From Octopus vulgaris (lineage: Eukaryota), in contig OX597816.1 of NCBI GenBank assembly GCA_951406725.2, positions 127,534,001-127,598,000 on the forward strand: a DNA stretch of 64,000 nt, in the 5' to 3' direction. The notes below the pieces were generated by a model. That model saw only the letters and a program-made list of their open reading frames with translations. It searched no databases and was not told where the DNA came from. This document shows, one piece after another, positions 52,372 to 64,000 of the stretch (positions are counted from its first letter, which is position 1; the number at the start of each line of letters is the position of its first letter). A program made the position numbers and the translations under genes.

Positions 52372-52780
52372 AGGCGCAGGTATGGCTGTGTTGCAAGAAG
52401 CTTGCTTCTCAACCACATGGTTCCAGGTTCAGTTCCACCACATGGGACCTTGAACAAGTGTCTTCTGCTATAGCCTCGGGCTGACCAAAGCCTTGTGAGT
52501 GGATTTGGTAGACAGAAACTGAAAGAATCCCATCGCATATATGTATGTATGTATGTATGTATATGAATATGTTTGTGCGTCTCTGTTTGTCCCCCACCAT
52601 CACTTTACAACTGATGTTAGTTTGTTTACATCACCGTAACTTAGTGGTTCAGCAAAAGATACCAATAGAATAAGTACTAGGCTTACAAAGAATAAGTCTT
52701 GGGGTCAATTTGTTCAACTAAAGGTGGTGCTCAAGCATGGCTGCTGTCACATTACTGAAACAAGTAAAAGAATAAAGAAT
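52372..52780 (+). mobile_element. Full-length SINE family A
   Basis: AGGCGCAGGTATGGCTGTG head through GAAACAAGTAAAAGAATAAAG tail. Confidence 0.9.
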
Positions 52781-53099
52781 CCATTTGTGCTATCATTCCA
52801 CTTTCCTTGTAAATATCTTCTCCCTTTCCTAAGTATGTCTTACATTTAGCTTTGATCTTTGCTTTCCTCATTCTGCAGTCTTTCCATTCTTATCCCTTAT
52901 CTTTTGTGTTTCTATATACAAAACTATTCCAGAGTCATGTCACTGTTTTGGCAGGGATCTTGCACCAAACACTGATTTGGTTCATTGGTCTCTATAGCTT
53001 ATTCCTTAAAAACTCCTACTTTTCCTCTGTGATACAATGTCATATCTTTTCCTCTATCTTGTTATATGTATTAGTACATCTCTGGACCTACTGCTAGTT

Positions 53100-54000
53100 A
53101 TTTCAGTTTTTCAACTCTCATATTCTCCTTCTTTAGATTGCCACACCATGAAGTCAATAACCATTTATTTATGATTGTGATACATTCTTCACCTTGGATA
53201 GATTTAATATCCACAGTCAGCTGTACAAAGTCTATCTAGTTTCGATATTCATCCAATCAGCAGATGAGGAGATAGCTGGCTAGTGTCTTCAAACTGGTGT
53301 ATAAATGGTAAGGACACTTGTGTCATAGAAAAGCAGGAACCCTGATTCCACCTCATTTGGCATATCATAAACCATAGCCTCAGTGTACACCAGTGAAATT
53401 CTTGAAATGTTGGCTAACATGTTCATTAAAATTGCTAGTCATGATGATGAGACCTCTGTTGTTCATCATGAATGTATTCTGTAGAAGGTTCTCATAAAAG
53501 TGATCCCTCTCTTTACCTACCACCCCTAACTGTTGTGCATAAGAATTAAATATTGTTGTTGACTAGCCTAAGCTTAATTATTCTATCACACACTCAGCTT
53601 GCCTCAATTTACTTATCTGTTCAGTTCTCCACTCATTCCATCTCTGTTACCCATCTACAAAAATCTGTATCTTTTTTCCTTGACTATGGATAGTCTGGCT
53701 GAGGTTCTTTTCCATATTCTTACACACAACATGCCTTTGTTCAAGTATCTTAAAACTTTCGTCCCAACAATGTGAATAGCGGCTGCTCTAAATTTGATGA
53801 CCTGACAGGAAGAAGGAGCAGTATTTTGAAAATGGATCCTCTGGTTGGCGTCTGCCTTCTGCATCTGAAAGGAAGAAAGAAGATTGTGCGATCGCTTGGC
53901 GGTGACCAGGAGGTTCTCACACATGTTTAGATAATTCTTATTTTTCTTTAATTTGCCATTGTTTCCCACTCCCAAATGTAAGACTGTGCAACACAGATAC
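53100..54000 (-). pseudogene. Old Penelope-like RT remnant
   Basis: LTVDIKSIQGEECITIINKWL near 53155-53222 (PLE motif LDVxSLYTNIPHEEG), preceded by FEDTSQL. Confidence 0.4.
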
Positions 54001-54022
54001 AAAATGATTGTAGCATCAACCT

Positions 54023-54433
54023 AGGCATAGGAGTGGCTGTGTGGTAAGTAGCTTGCTTATCAACCATATGATTCCGGGTTTAGTCCCACTGCGTGGCACC
54101 TTGGGCAAGTGTCTTCTACTATATCTTCGGACTGACCAAAGCCTTGTGAGTGGATTTAGTAGACGGAAACTGAAAGAAGCCCTTCGTATGTATGTATATA
54201 TATATATATATGTATGTGTCTGTATATATTTGTGCATCTGTGTCTGTCCCCCCACCATCACTTGAAACCGATGCTGGTGTGTTTACGTCCCCGTAACTTA
54301 GTGGTTTAGCAAAAGGGGCCGATAGAATAAGTACTAGGCTTACAAAGAATAAGTCCTGGGGTCGATTTGCTCGACTAAAGGTGGTGCTCCAGCATGGCCA
54401 CAGTCAAATGACTGAAACAAGTAAAATAATAAG
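54023..54433 (+). mobile_element. Full-length SINE family A
   Basis: tRNA-like A/B boxes (TGGCTGTGTGG; GGTTTAGTCCC), CORE-like GGCACCTTGGGCAAGTGTCTTC, and tail. Confidence 0.9.
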
Positions 54434-54945
54434 CACATATGAGCCTGAGGCTTAAAGTTGAAAGAGATACAACAGCAATATATACATAGTTGGTATACTA
54501 ATACAGACATTGAAGTTGGAGATTGAGGTCCTTAGAGGCTATATAATGGTGACTATTACCAAGCGACCACATGATGAAAAGATTCTTAAAACATTGTCTG
54601 GGCAGGTTGGATAGGTGGGCACAAGTTTCTAAACTTTCATTCCTAAGGTGGATTTCTTAAGAGAAGTTACTGTAGAGCAATACTGGATTTCTTAACCACA
54701 AACACATGCATTCATACAATCATACATATATACATACATGTATGTGCATGTGGTGAGTGTATGTATGAAAGAGTGAGAAACACTCACACACACACACGCA
54801 CAAACATATATAGGTGAAAGCATGACTGTGTGATAAGAAGTTACTTCCATAATACATGGTTTCAGTTTCAGTCCCACTGAGGGTCTTTTATTGTAACCCC
54901 AGACTAGCCAAAGCCTTATTTGGTAGAGAAAAAGCGAAAAAAGCC

Positions 54946-55040
<95 letters not shown>

Positions 55041-55045
55041 CATAC

Positions 55046-55095
<50 letters not shown>

Positions 55096-55152
55096 CATTA
55101 AATAAAATAAGGGTAGAAATTGATATCAATCGATTAAAACTAGTGGCCTGGT

Positions 55153-55301
55153 TTTAGAGGATTGACCACTAAAAATGGACAGCCTATATGCTAGATATAG
55201 ACGTCAAAATCGCCATTTTCCACATTTTTCATGGAAAATGGCGATTTTGATGTCTATATCTACCATATAGGGTGTCCGTTTTTAGTGGTTAATCCTCTAA
55301 A
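55153..55301. repeat. Inverted repeat with ~70-bp arms and 9-nt loop
   Basis: TTTAGAGGATTGACCACTAAAAATGGACA...CGCCATTTTCCA versus TGGAAAATGGCG...TTTTTAGTGGTTAATCCTCTAAA. Confidence 0.9.
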
Positions 55302-55422
55302 TTTTGTGTGTGTATATATATATAACGGGAAGCTTTATGAAAATAGACAAAAGACGAAGGCAGGTGGAAAACAAACAATCAATTGTATTAGTATGGCGCT
55401 CAGGAAATATAAATAAAACAAG

Positions 55423-55460
55423 TCTTTAACGTTTCGAGCCTACGCTCTTCAACAGAAAGA
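55423..55460 (-). ncRNA. Minimal type-I hammerhead motif in the PLE terminus (CUGUUGA variant)
   Basis: UCUUU-CUGUUGA-A-GAGC-guag-GCUC-GAA-ACGU-U-AAAGA. Confidence 0.7.
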
Positions 55461-55626
55461 TACACAGAGAGAAAAAAAACACAGAAAGAAGGAGAGAAAA
55501 AAATGCGTGCAGTAACTAACGAATCAACATGGCGATCTGATTTCGGCCAGAGGTCAAAGATCAAACATGAGACGCGAGAGCGAAATAAGGGAAGATAATA
55601 GGGTTGATAATAGGGTTGAATGACCA

Positions 55627-55930
55627 GCTAGTAGTGCGTAGGAGAGGTCTGGACGTGTGTATGTATAGGGTTGGTGTATGTATTAGTATGTATAAGGGTG
55701 TGTGTGTGTGTGTGTATGAGAGAGTATTAGTGCGTAGGATAGGTCTGGACGGGCGTATGTATGGGGTTGGTGTATGTATTAGTATGTATTAGTACGTATT
55801 AGTATGTATAAGTGTGTGTGTGTGTGTGTATGAGAGAGTATAAGTGCGTATGAGGGGTCTGGACGTGTGTATGTATAGGGTTGGTGTATGTATTAGTATG
55901 TATTAGTACGTATTAGTATGTATTAGTATG
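55627..55930. repeat. Three ~100-bp tandem units in the PLE 3' region
   Basis: AGTGCGTA...GGTCTGGACG...GGGTTGGTGTATGTATTAGTATG repeated three times. Confidence 0.85.
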
Positions 55931-57103
55931 GCACATCATATATGATGTGATGTGTAGAGTCGTGTGGTGTAGTGTGGAGAGAGGAGAGGAGGGGGAGGGG
56001 GAGAGGAGGGGGATAAGGGAGGGGGGACGGAGGAAAGAGGGAGAGAAGGGGAGTGAGGGAGCAGAGGGAAGGGGAAGAGGGAAGGAGGGAGGAAGAAAGA
56101 GGGAAGAAGGGAAGGGGAGTAGGGGTGAAAGGATGAAGGACTGAAGAAGTAGGGGTCGGGGGAAGGATAGGTGAGGAGGGGGAGAGGGGGTTAGATGAGG
56201 AGGGGGAGAGTTGAGACCAAATGGCGTATAAGAGCGAAGAGAGAAGATTAATTCCTGTTCACGGCGCAAACGGGAATCCGGATGGCCTCTGTGTAAGGAC
56301 AAACCGGACACAGATAGGTGTTGCAAGGAGTGACTGGTGGAGCGGAAATGGCGTGAGACCGGTGTGTCGTTCGCAAGGTGGATGTCACGAAGGTGTTCCG
56401 CGAACCGGTCAGCCAAGCGGCGTCCCGTTTGTCCGATGTACAAGGAATGGCAGAGAGAGCAAGAGACGCAATAGATAATATTGCTGGAGGTGCAGGTGAA
56501 GGAGTGGATGATGGGATAGGGTCGATGGTGGGTGCTAGTGAGGAGGGTGGTGTTGGAGAGGTAAGGGCAAGTGCGGCAACGTGGGCGGGAGCAGGGGAAT
56601 GAGCCGGGTTGGGAGGTAGGGTCAGGGAAGGAGCTATGGACCAAAAGGTCTCGAAGGTTGTGGGCTCGTTTGAAAGAGGGGAGGGGTCGGTTAGGGAAGA
56701 GGTGTGAAGTGGACGGGTCAGACTGGAGATGACGGAAAGCTCGAAGAATGGTGCGTTGGAGATATAGGGTTGTGGGGTGGTAAGTGAGGGGAAAAGGGAG
56801 GCGGGAGACTACAGGGCGGGTTCGGGGAGAGAGAGCAGATACACGGTCCACGGACCGTGCTCTGGCAAGGGCGGTGTGGATAGTGGTGAGGGGATATCCA
56901 CGTAGGGTGAAGTGGTAAGCCATACGTTGAGACTGTGTCTCAAAGTCATGGTCGTCACTACAGAGCCTATGTAGACGGAGGAATTGGGAATAGGGGATGG
57001 AAAGCTTGGTGTGTTCTGGGTGTGAGGAAGAGAAGTTGAGGTATGAGTGTGAGTCTGTGCGTTTGTAGTGAATGGAGGTGGTAAGAGTGGAGTGAAGAAT
57101 GCT
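55913..57103 (-). CDS. PLE RT thumb, Cys linker and GIY-YIG endonuclease (no start codon; 5'-truncated)
   Basis: Frame open upstream of the listed ORF: TTSIHYKRTDSHSYLNFSSSHPEHTKLSIPYSQFLRLHRLCS...CSRPRCRTCPY...NIIYCVSCSLCHSLYIGQTGRRLADRFAEH...PFGLN. Confidence 0.9.
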   Translation of the reverse strand, partial: SILHSTLTTSIHYKRTDSHSYLNFSSSHPEHTKLSIPYSQFLRLHRLCSDDHDFETQSQRMAYHFTLRGYPLTTIHTALARARSVDRVSALSPRTRPVVSRLPFPLTYHPTTLYLQRTILRAFRHLQSDPSTSHLFPNRPLPSFKRAHNLRDLLVHSSFPDPTSQPGSFPCSRPRCRTCPYLSNTTLLTSTHHRPYPIIHSFTCTSSNIIYCVSCSLCHSLYIGQTGRRLADRFAEHLRDIHLANDTPVSRHFRSTSHSLQHLSVSGLSLHRGHPDSRLRREQELIFSLRSYTPFGLNSPPPHLTPSPPPHLSFPRPLLLQSFILSPLLPFPSSLFLPPSFPLPLPSAPSLPFSPSFLRPPSLIPLLSPSPSSPLSTLHHTTLHITSYMMCHTNTY

Positions 57104-57559
57104 AAATATATATATATATGTATGTATAACAACAAAAAATATGTATAGAGAAAATTACATCATTATTATAGATCTTACCTTATAAAGCTTACAATTGTTT
57201 CTATTGCATTACACACACACACACACACACACACTTATGTGTGTAATGCATATATGTAAATTTCTCCATATGTTAGGTTTTTCTTGTTGTCAAATACTCT
57301 GAATTTCTCGAAATTCTGCCAAAAGATATTTACCTATCTTGCATGAGGATTTAACGGGGATCTGCATTCTACTTATATTTACTGCTATTTAGTGGTTGAA
57401 TATTGTTAACCAAATTCTTTTAATATTGAGTGCTTTATTGATATCTGCCAAGATTTTTTTAACCACTTTTTCCTTGTGTGTGTGTGTACATTTCTGGGTG
57501 TTACTATCTCTTTGCCTTCTCATCACACGATAGTTGTGAATATCACCACTGTGCAAGTG

Positions 57560-57736
57560 GTATCCATCATTTCCAGTGTTCTGTGAAAACAAGTCTGGCC
57601 ATAGGGAAATATTACCTGACTTAGAAACAGGTGAGTGTTAAGCATCAGGAGGAACATCCAGCCATAAAAAGTTCACCTCAACACAGTCTGTCCAACCCAT
57701 GCCAGCATAGAAAAGTATATGTTAAAGCAATGATGA
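57560..57736 (+). mobile_element. SINE family C variant
   Basis: GGGAAATATTACC...CATCCAGCCATAAAA...CCAACCCATGCCAGCATAGAAA; matches 5900-6086. Confidence 0.65.
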
Positions 57737-58304
57737 CGGTATGCATTGATATATATGCATATACACACACATGTACACACCCACATGCGTGTGTGTATGG
57801 AAATATTACATAATGTATATATAGTCTCATAACAGCCAATTGTGTTAGCAAATGGTTTCATGCAGAAAAACCTTCCAAAATTGAAATTAATAATCATTGA
57901 ACATGGCTGAATGGAAATGTATACCTTGAACTCTTTTCTGCTGGAGACCTAAATTGCTACATCTGGTTTAGGGGTTTCTTATGGAACCAATCAAAGAAAA
58001 CAAAAAGAACAAGGTTGGCTCTAAACTCCACCAGAGTTATGTCCCTTGGCAACTGTCCATTTCAGTTTTATGTATGTGAATGTGGAATGGAAAGAGGGTA
58101 AACATGTGATGTAGATGGTAGAAAAAAAAAGAGAGAAAGAGGCATAGGAGAGAGATGGGAAGAGAGTGAGAGGGATGTGTTGATGTGGTCTTTTAAAGGG
58201 CATGGTTTTGACATTTATGAATTTGTATAAATTACTGTACCTGGGAAAATGAACACCTCTCAGTCAAAAGTTGTTGTTTCTTTTCTGCAAGTTACTTGAT
58301 GACC

Positions 58305-58515
58305 TCACAAGAGCTGGTCTTGCAAAAGACAAAAATAACCTCCTCAGTGTACTGTGTAAATTGGATAACATTAGGGAGAACATCCAGTTGTAGAAACTCT
58401 ACCAAATCAGATATTGTACTTCAACACAGTCCTTTGGCTTGTCAGAATCTAGTGAACTGTTCAACCCATGGAAGCATGGAAGACAGATGTTAAACGATGA
58501 TGATGATGATAATGA
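58305..58515 (+). mobile_element. SINE family C
   Basis: CATCCAGTTGTAGAAACTCT...AACCCATGGAAGCATGGAAGACAGATGTTAAAC(GAT)n. Confidence 0.7.
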
Positions 58516-58524
58516 TTATATATA

Positions 58525-58979
58525 CAGATCATCATCGACTTACAACCACAATTGGTTCTGACTGACTGGTCATAAGTCAATATAGTCATAAGTCGGCCTA
58601 TAGGCCTGCATAGCTTTGTTTTATATTTTAACATTCTTAAGGTACATTCTCAGGTGAAAGTCTTACACAGCCTTCTGTATTATACTATTATACTGGCATT
58701 AGACAAAAATTTCAGAGTCTCAAGCAGTCATCTTATAAACAAATACAAGGTTGCCTCGATATCTCCATGACAGGATAGTCATCCGACACAGTGGCAATCG
58801 ATAACCAAACTTAGTGAAGCGTTTGTTAGCTGACATCATCCATAGACAGGTTAATTTCTAAGGAATTAAACCTATTAGATTTCAACTGGAATATTTATTA
58901 TTGCTACTTGGAGTTGGCACACCAATTGTCATGAAGTCAATCGGTCATAACTTGAATAGGTCGTAAGTCAATGACGACC

Positions 58980-58981
<2 letters not shown>
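58525..58981. mobile_element. Tigger/pogo-like MITE, 457 bp
   Basis: TA|CAGATCATCATCGACTTACAACC ... GGTCGTAAGTCAATGACGACCTG|CA 23-bp TIRs; subterminal GGTCATAAGTC repeats. Confidence 0.75.
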
Positions 58982-59020
<39 letters not shown>

Positions 59021-59022
<2 letters not shown>

Positions 59023-59240
59023 CAATTGCAGCGTGGAAGGTGTTTGTAAGCCATTTAAGAAACATACAAAAGCTGTACAATTCACTTCAACATTTAAGTT
59101 TAATTTGTCAAAATATTTTCGTCGCTTTAAGACCGCGACCTGTTCACTGACAAAAATCCGTGCTGCATCTTACAAACACCTTCCACGCTGCAATTGTTTT
59201 CATTTCAGCACACTTGCTATGCAAGTTCATCTCTGTAATA
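59021..59240. mobile_element. PLE-like LTR unit with an inverted partial copy (30-bp perfect IR at 59021-59050 and 59169-59198)
   Basis: AACAATTGCAGCGTGGAAGGTGTTTGTAAG versus CTTACAAACACCTTCCACGCTGCAATTGTT; embedded in (TA)n. Confidence 0.75.
59104..59154 (-). ncRNA. Minimal type-I hammerhead ribozyme motif with G3:C8 core
   Basis: UUUGUCA-GUGAACA-G-GUCGC-ggucuuaaa-GCGAC-GAA-AAUAUU-U-UGACAAA. Confidence 0.7.
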
Positions 59241-59281
<41 letters not shown>

Positions 59282-59535
59282 GTGTGTGTGTGTGTATGTC
59301 TAATAGTTGTAAATATATGTATATAAAGTGGGGGGCTAATATGTTGCTGGCTTTGAGTAAAAGGAAAATCAGGATGATCAGTTAATTCTGATTTTATTCA
59401 ACATATTCCCGTTTCACATTCATACACTTATTAGAGTGGTCCTTCAGTTTTTTTTAAGCCCTGCAAAAGAACTTGGAATGTTGGGCCTCCAACCAAACTT
59501 TTTGCTATACTCTTAAAGCCAGGAACTTTTCAGTA

Positions 59536-59775
59536 CCCATGCAGGTGGCATGTAAAAAACACCATTTGAGCATGTCCGTTGCCAGTACCACCTGACTGGC
59601 CCTCGTGCCAGTGGCACTACATTCTTGGAGTGGTTGGTGTTAGGAAGGGCATCCAGCTGTAGAAACTCTGCCAGATCAAGGTTGGAGCTGGTGCAGCCAT
59701 CTGGTTCGCCAGTCCTCAGTCGGATCATCCAACCCATGCTAGCATGGAAAGCAGACGTTAGACGATGATGATGAT
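59536..59775 (+). mobile_element. SINE family C
   Basis: TTAGGAAGGGCATCCAGCTGTAGAAACT...CCAACCCATGCTAGCATGGAAAGCAGACGTTAGAC(GAT)n. Confidence 0.85.
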
Positions 59776-60396
59776 AAACAATGATATATATATGTATAGA
59801 CATTCACACATATATAAATGTGTAGGTACGTGTGTGTGTGTGATTATGTACACTTATACAGGTGCAGGCATGGCAGTGTGGTAACAAGTTTCCTTCCCCA
59901 CAACATAGTTCCATGCTCAGTCACACAGCATGGTATCTTCGCCAAATGTCTTCTACTATAGCACTGAACCAACAAAAGCCTTGTGAGTATGTATATTTTT
60001 TCAATGTGTACAAATAACAAGGAAAAAACAAATAGTTACCAGGGTAGCAAAAATTCACATAGTTTGTTAGTGTTCTGCTTACATCATATACTTATGTATG
60101 TTGTAATCACATTCAGTTAAAAGGGCTTATTGATGTGTTTCGTTTCTTTTTTTCCCTGATGAGATGATTTCACTGCTTTACATCCTTTTTATTCCCTCCA
60201 GAATAATCTCAATGCTTTTTTCAAAACATATGCTGGAAGTATAAATGATTTGAATAACACCTGTGTTTGACTCCATTTCTTAATTTATCCATATATATAT
60301 ATACACACACAAACATACATATATATGTATATATCTTTCTCTCTCCCTCTCCAAATATATACATATACATATGTATATATCTTTCTCTCTCCCTCT

Positions 60397-61714
<1,318 letters not shown>

Positions 61715-61801
61715 CATATATATATAATATATACATATTAATATATATTAATATATATATGTAATATAAATACATATAATATATATGTATATATATATAT
61801 A

Positions 61802-61849
<48 letters not shown>

Positions 61850-62196
61850 CACACACACACATATATATATATTTATTTATACACACACACACACACACAC
61901 ACATACACATACACATATATATATACATAAGAAATCACACAACCAGAACTGGGTGTCTATGCAACATCTTTTGGGGTCACCAGAGCTTTCACATAATGTT
62001 TTTCTGTAGTGATAAAAGTGCTTAAGTATACTTTTGCAGTCATTCAGACACTCATGTACAAAATACACTTAAATATAAATATCAATTACCAGAATATATT
62101 ACAAAGCTCAGTAGGGTTGCACATTACAAGGGTTATTATAGGCAGACCTAACAACTGATTATTTGTGCTCATATTACAACATGGTATTATATACAA

Positions 62197-62265
<69 letters not shown>

Positions 62266-62507
62266 CAGAAACAAACAGGTATGGTATATATATATATGAC
62301 TGCATAATAATACATCATAATAATATTTTATTCTCCAATTTGAAGCAACAATTTTTAGATATGAACAAATGACTGAAAAATGATGACCTAACCCCAGCCA
62401 GAATCAAACCCACAAATCAATGTTAACATAATTATACAGTTATTATCATTATATTATGAGTCTTCCATAGTAGTTTTCTCTCTGTAACTTACAAAGCATT
62501 TTGAGTT

Positions 62508-62899
62508 TGTGGTAAGTAGCTTGCTTACCAGCCACATGGTTCTGGGTTCATTCCCACTGCATGGCATCTTGGGCAAGTGTCTTCAACTATAGCCTCGGTC
62601 TGACCATATCCTTGTGAGTGGATTTGGTCGATGGAAACTGAAAGAAGCCCATCGTATATATGTATATGTATACATATATGTATGTGTCTGTGTTTGTCCC
62701 CCCAACATCGCTTGACAACTGATGCTGGTGTGTTTACGTCCCCGTAACTTAGCGGTTCGGCAAAAGAGACTGATAGAATAAGTACTAGGCTTACAAAGAA
62801 TAAGTCCTGGTGTTGATTTGCTCGACTAAAGGGGGTGCTCCAGCATGGCCGCAGTTAAATGACTGAAACAAGTAAAAGAGTAAAAGAGAGAGTAAAGAG
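62508..62899 (+). mobile_element. Near full-length SINE family A
   Basis: Collinear with 54023-54433; (GTAAAAGA)n tail. Confidence 0.9.
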
Positions 62900-62924
62900 T
62901 ATATATATATATATTCAACAAGAT

Positions 62925-63077
62925 TCTTTCAGTTTCCATCTACCAAATCCACTCACAAGACTTTGGTCAGCCTGAGGTTATGGTAGAAGACAGTTACCCA
63001 AGGTGCTATGCAGTGGGGCTGAAACTGAAACCATGTGGCTGGAAAGCAAACTTCTTACTACACAACCACATCTATAG
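62925..63077 (-). mobile_element. SINE family A 5' half
   Basis: TTCTTTCAGTTTCCATCTACCAAATCCACTCACAAG. Confidence 0.8.
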
Positions 63078-63150
63078 GTTTCATATAGATTTCTATACAT
63101 ATACACATAGATGAATATGAATAAATTTTTATGACAAAAACATATACACT

Positions 63151-63297
63151 GACGTTAGGAAGGGCATCCAGCTGTAGAAACATTGCCTGATCAGACTGGG
63201 CCTGGTGCAGCCTTCTGGCTTTCCAGACCCCAGTTGAACCGTCCAACCCATGCTAGCATGGAAAGCGGACGCTAAACGAAGATGATGATGATGATGA
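63151..63297 (+). mobile_element. SINE family C 3' part
   Basis: Near-identical to the reverse complement of 21773-21910. Confidence 0.85.
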
Positions 63298-63773
63298 CAG
63301 CTGGATTTAGTCAAATTATTAAGCATTTGAGTAGTCACTACTAACAAGTCTACAACTGATAGCCAAAACTAGTCTCATCTAGTAATCTTAGAGATCCTCA
63401 TGGGGTGGTTATCTCCTCTGTCATTGTATATATATATATATGGTGCACTTCTTACAGCATTAAAAGTTTTTTACTCTTATTTCTAGCAATATAGGTGCTT
63501 CACACCCTCTGTCACAATTAGTGATGATAACATTTTTTCCTTTATGGTATTATATTGCACCTAGCTGTTTATATTAATTTGTAACAAACGTATTAGCATT
63601 TTGCTAAATCAGCCATAAATTTTTATGATAAAAATATATATGCAGACAGCTGGATTAGCCACACCACTGAGTGTTCGAATAGTCATTACTGATCAGCTTG
63701 CAACTGATACTGAAGCTAGTCTAGTCTAGTGATCCTAGATACCCACAGGGCAGTTATCTCCCCTGTCAGTGTA

Positions 63774-63829
<56 letters not shown>

Positions 63830-64000
63830 TATATATATATGTACACACCTACATATATATATGTATATATACATGCATATATGGGTACTGAACATCAAAA
63901 AAATGTAGACACAATGTTTTCTATGTTTTTGTTTTTATGTTTTCATTCTAATTGTGTCTACGTTTTTTTTTTTTATGCCCTGTACCCATATATGCCTGTA

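Larger units (their letters stand above)
55324..57104 (-). mobile_element. Young 5'-truncated Penelope-like retroelement (Neptune-type) inserted in (TA)n
   Basis: CpG-rich and GC-rich island; PLE ORF, 3' tandem repeats and hammerhead-bearing terminus; TA tracts on both sides. Confidence 0.9.

Noticed and set aside
54023-54095. tRNA gene
   Set aside because: tRNA-derived SINE head that continues into the SINE body; no proper cloverleaf
56221-56602. Plus-strand GC-rich ORFs
   Set aside because: Antisense shadows of the Penelope ORF

Overview
AT-rich, microsatellite-dense eukaryotic DNA with no intact host gene that I can recognise. The repeat families (tRNA-headed CORE-like and Meta-like SINEs, GAT-tailed SINEs) suggest an Octopus/coleoid cephalopod genome; this is an inference. 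Most ORF-track entries are microsatellite or SINE artefacts. Mobile-element content: a decayed RTE LINE (15.5-18.2 kb), a full-length Hsmar1-like mariner with TIRs and TA TSD (37744-39028), a young 5'-truncated Penelope-like element (PLE) with GIY-YIG endonuclease (55.3-57.1 kb), CR1-, R4- and HERO-like fragments, a non-autonomous Helitron, piggyBac- and Tigger-like MITEs, and about 30 SINE copies. The most interesting signals are RNA-level. First, a set of minimal type-I hammerhead ribozyme motifs from several PLE-like families: one family has a compensatory G3:C8 core swap (59104-59154, 44011-44061), one motif has a CUGUUGA core (55423-55460), and one pair sits inside a 308-bp palindrome (5507-5814). 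Second, a U6 snRNA copy is joined directly to a headless SINE body (32566-32818). All alignments and folds were done by eye; boundaries of decayed elements are approximate.
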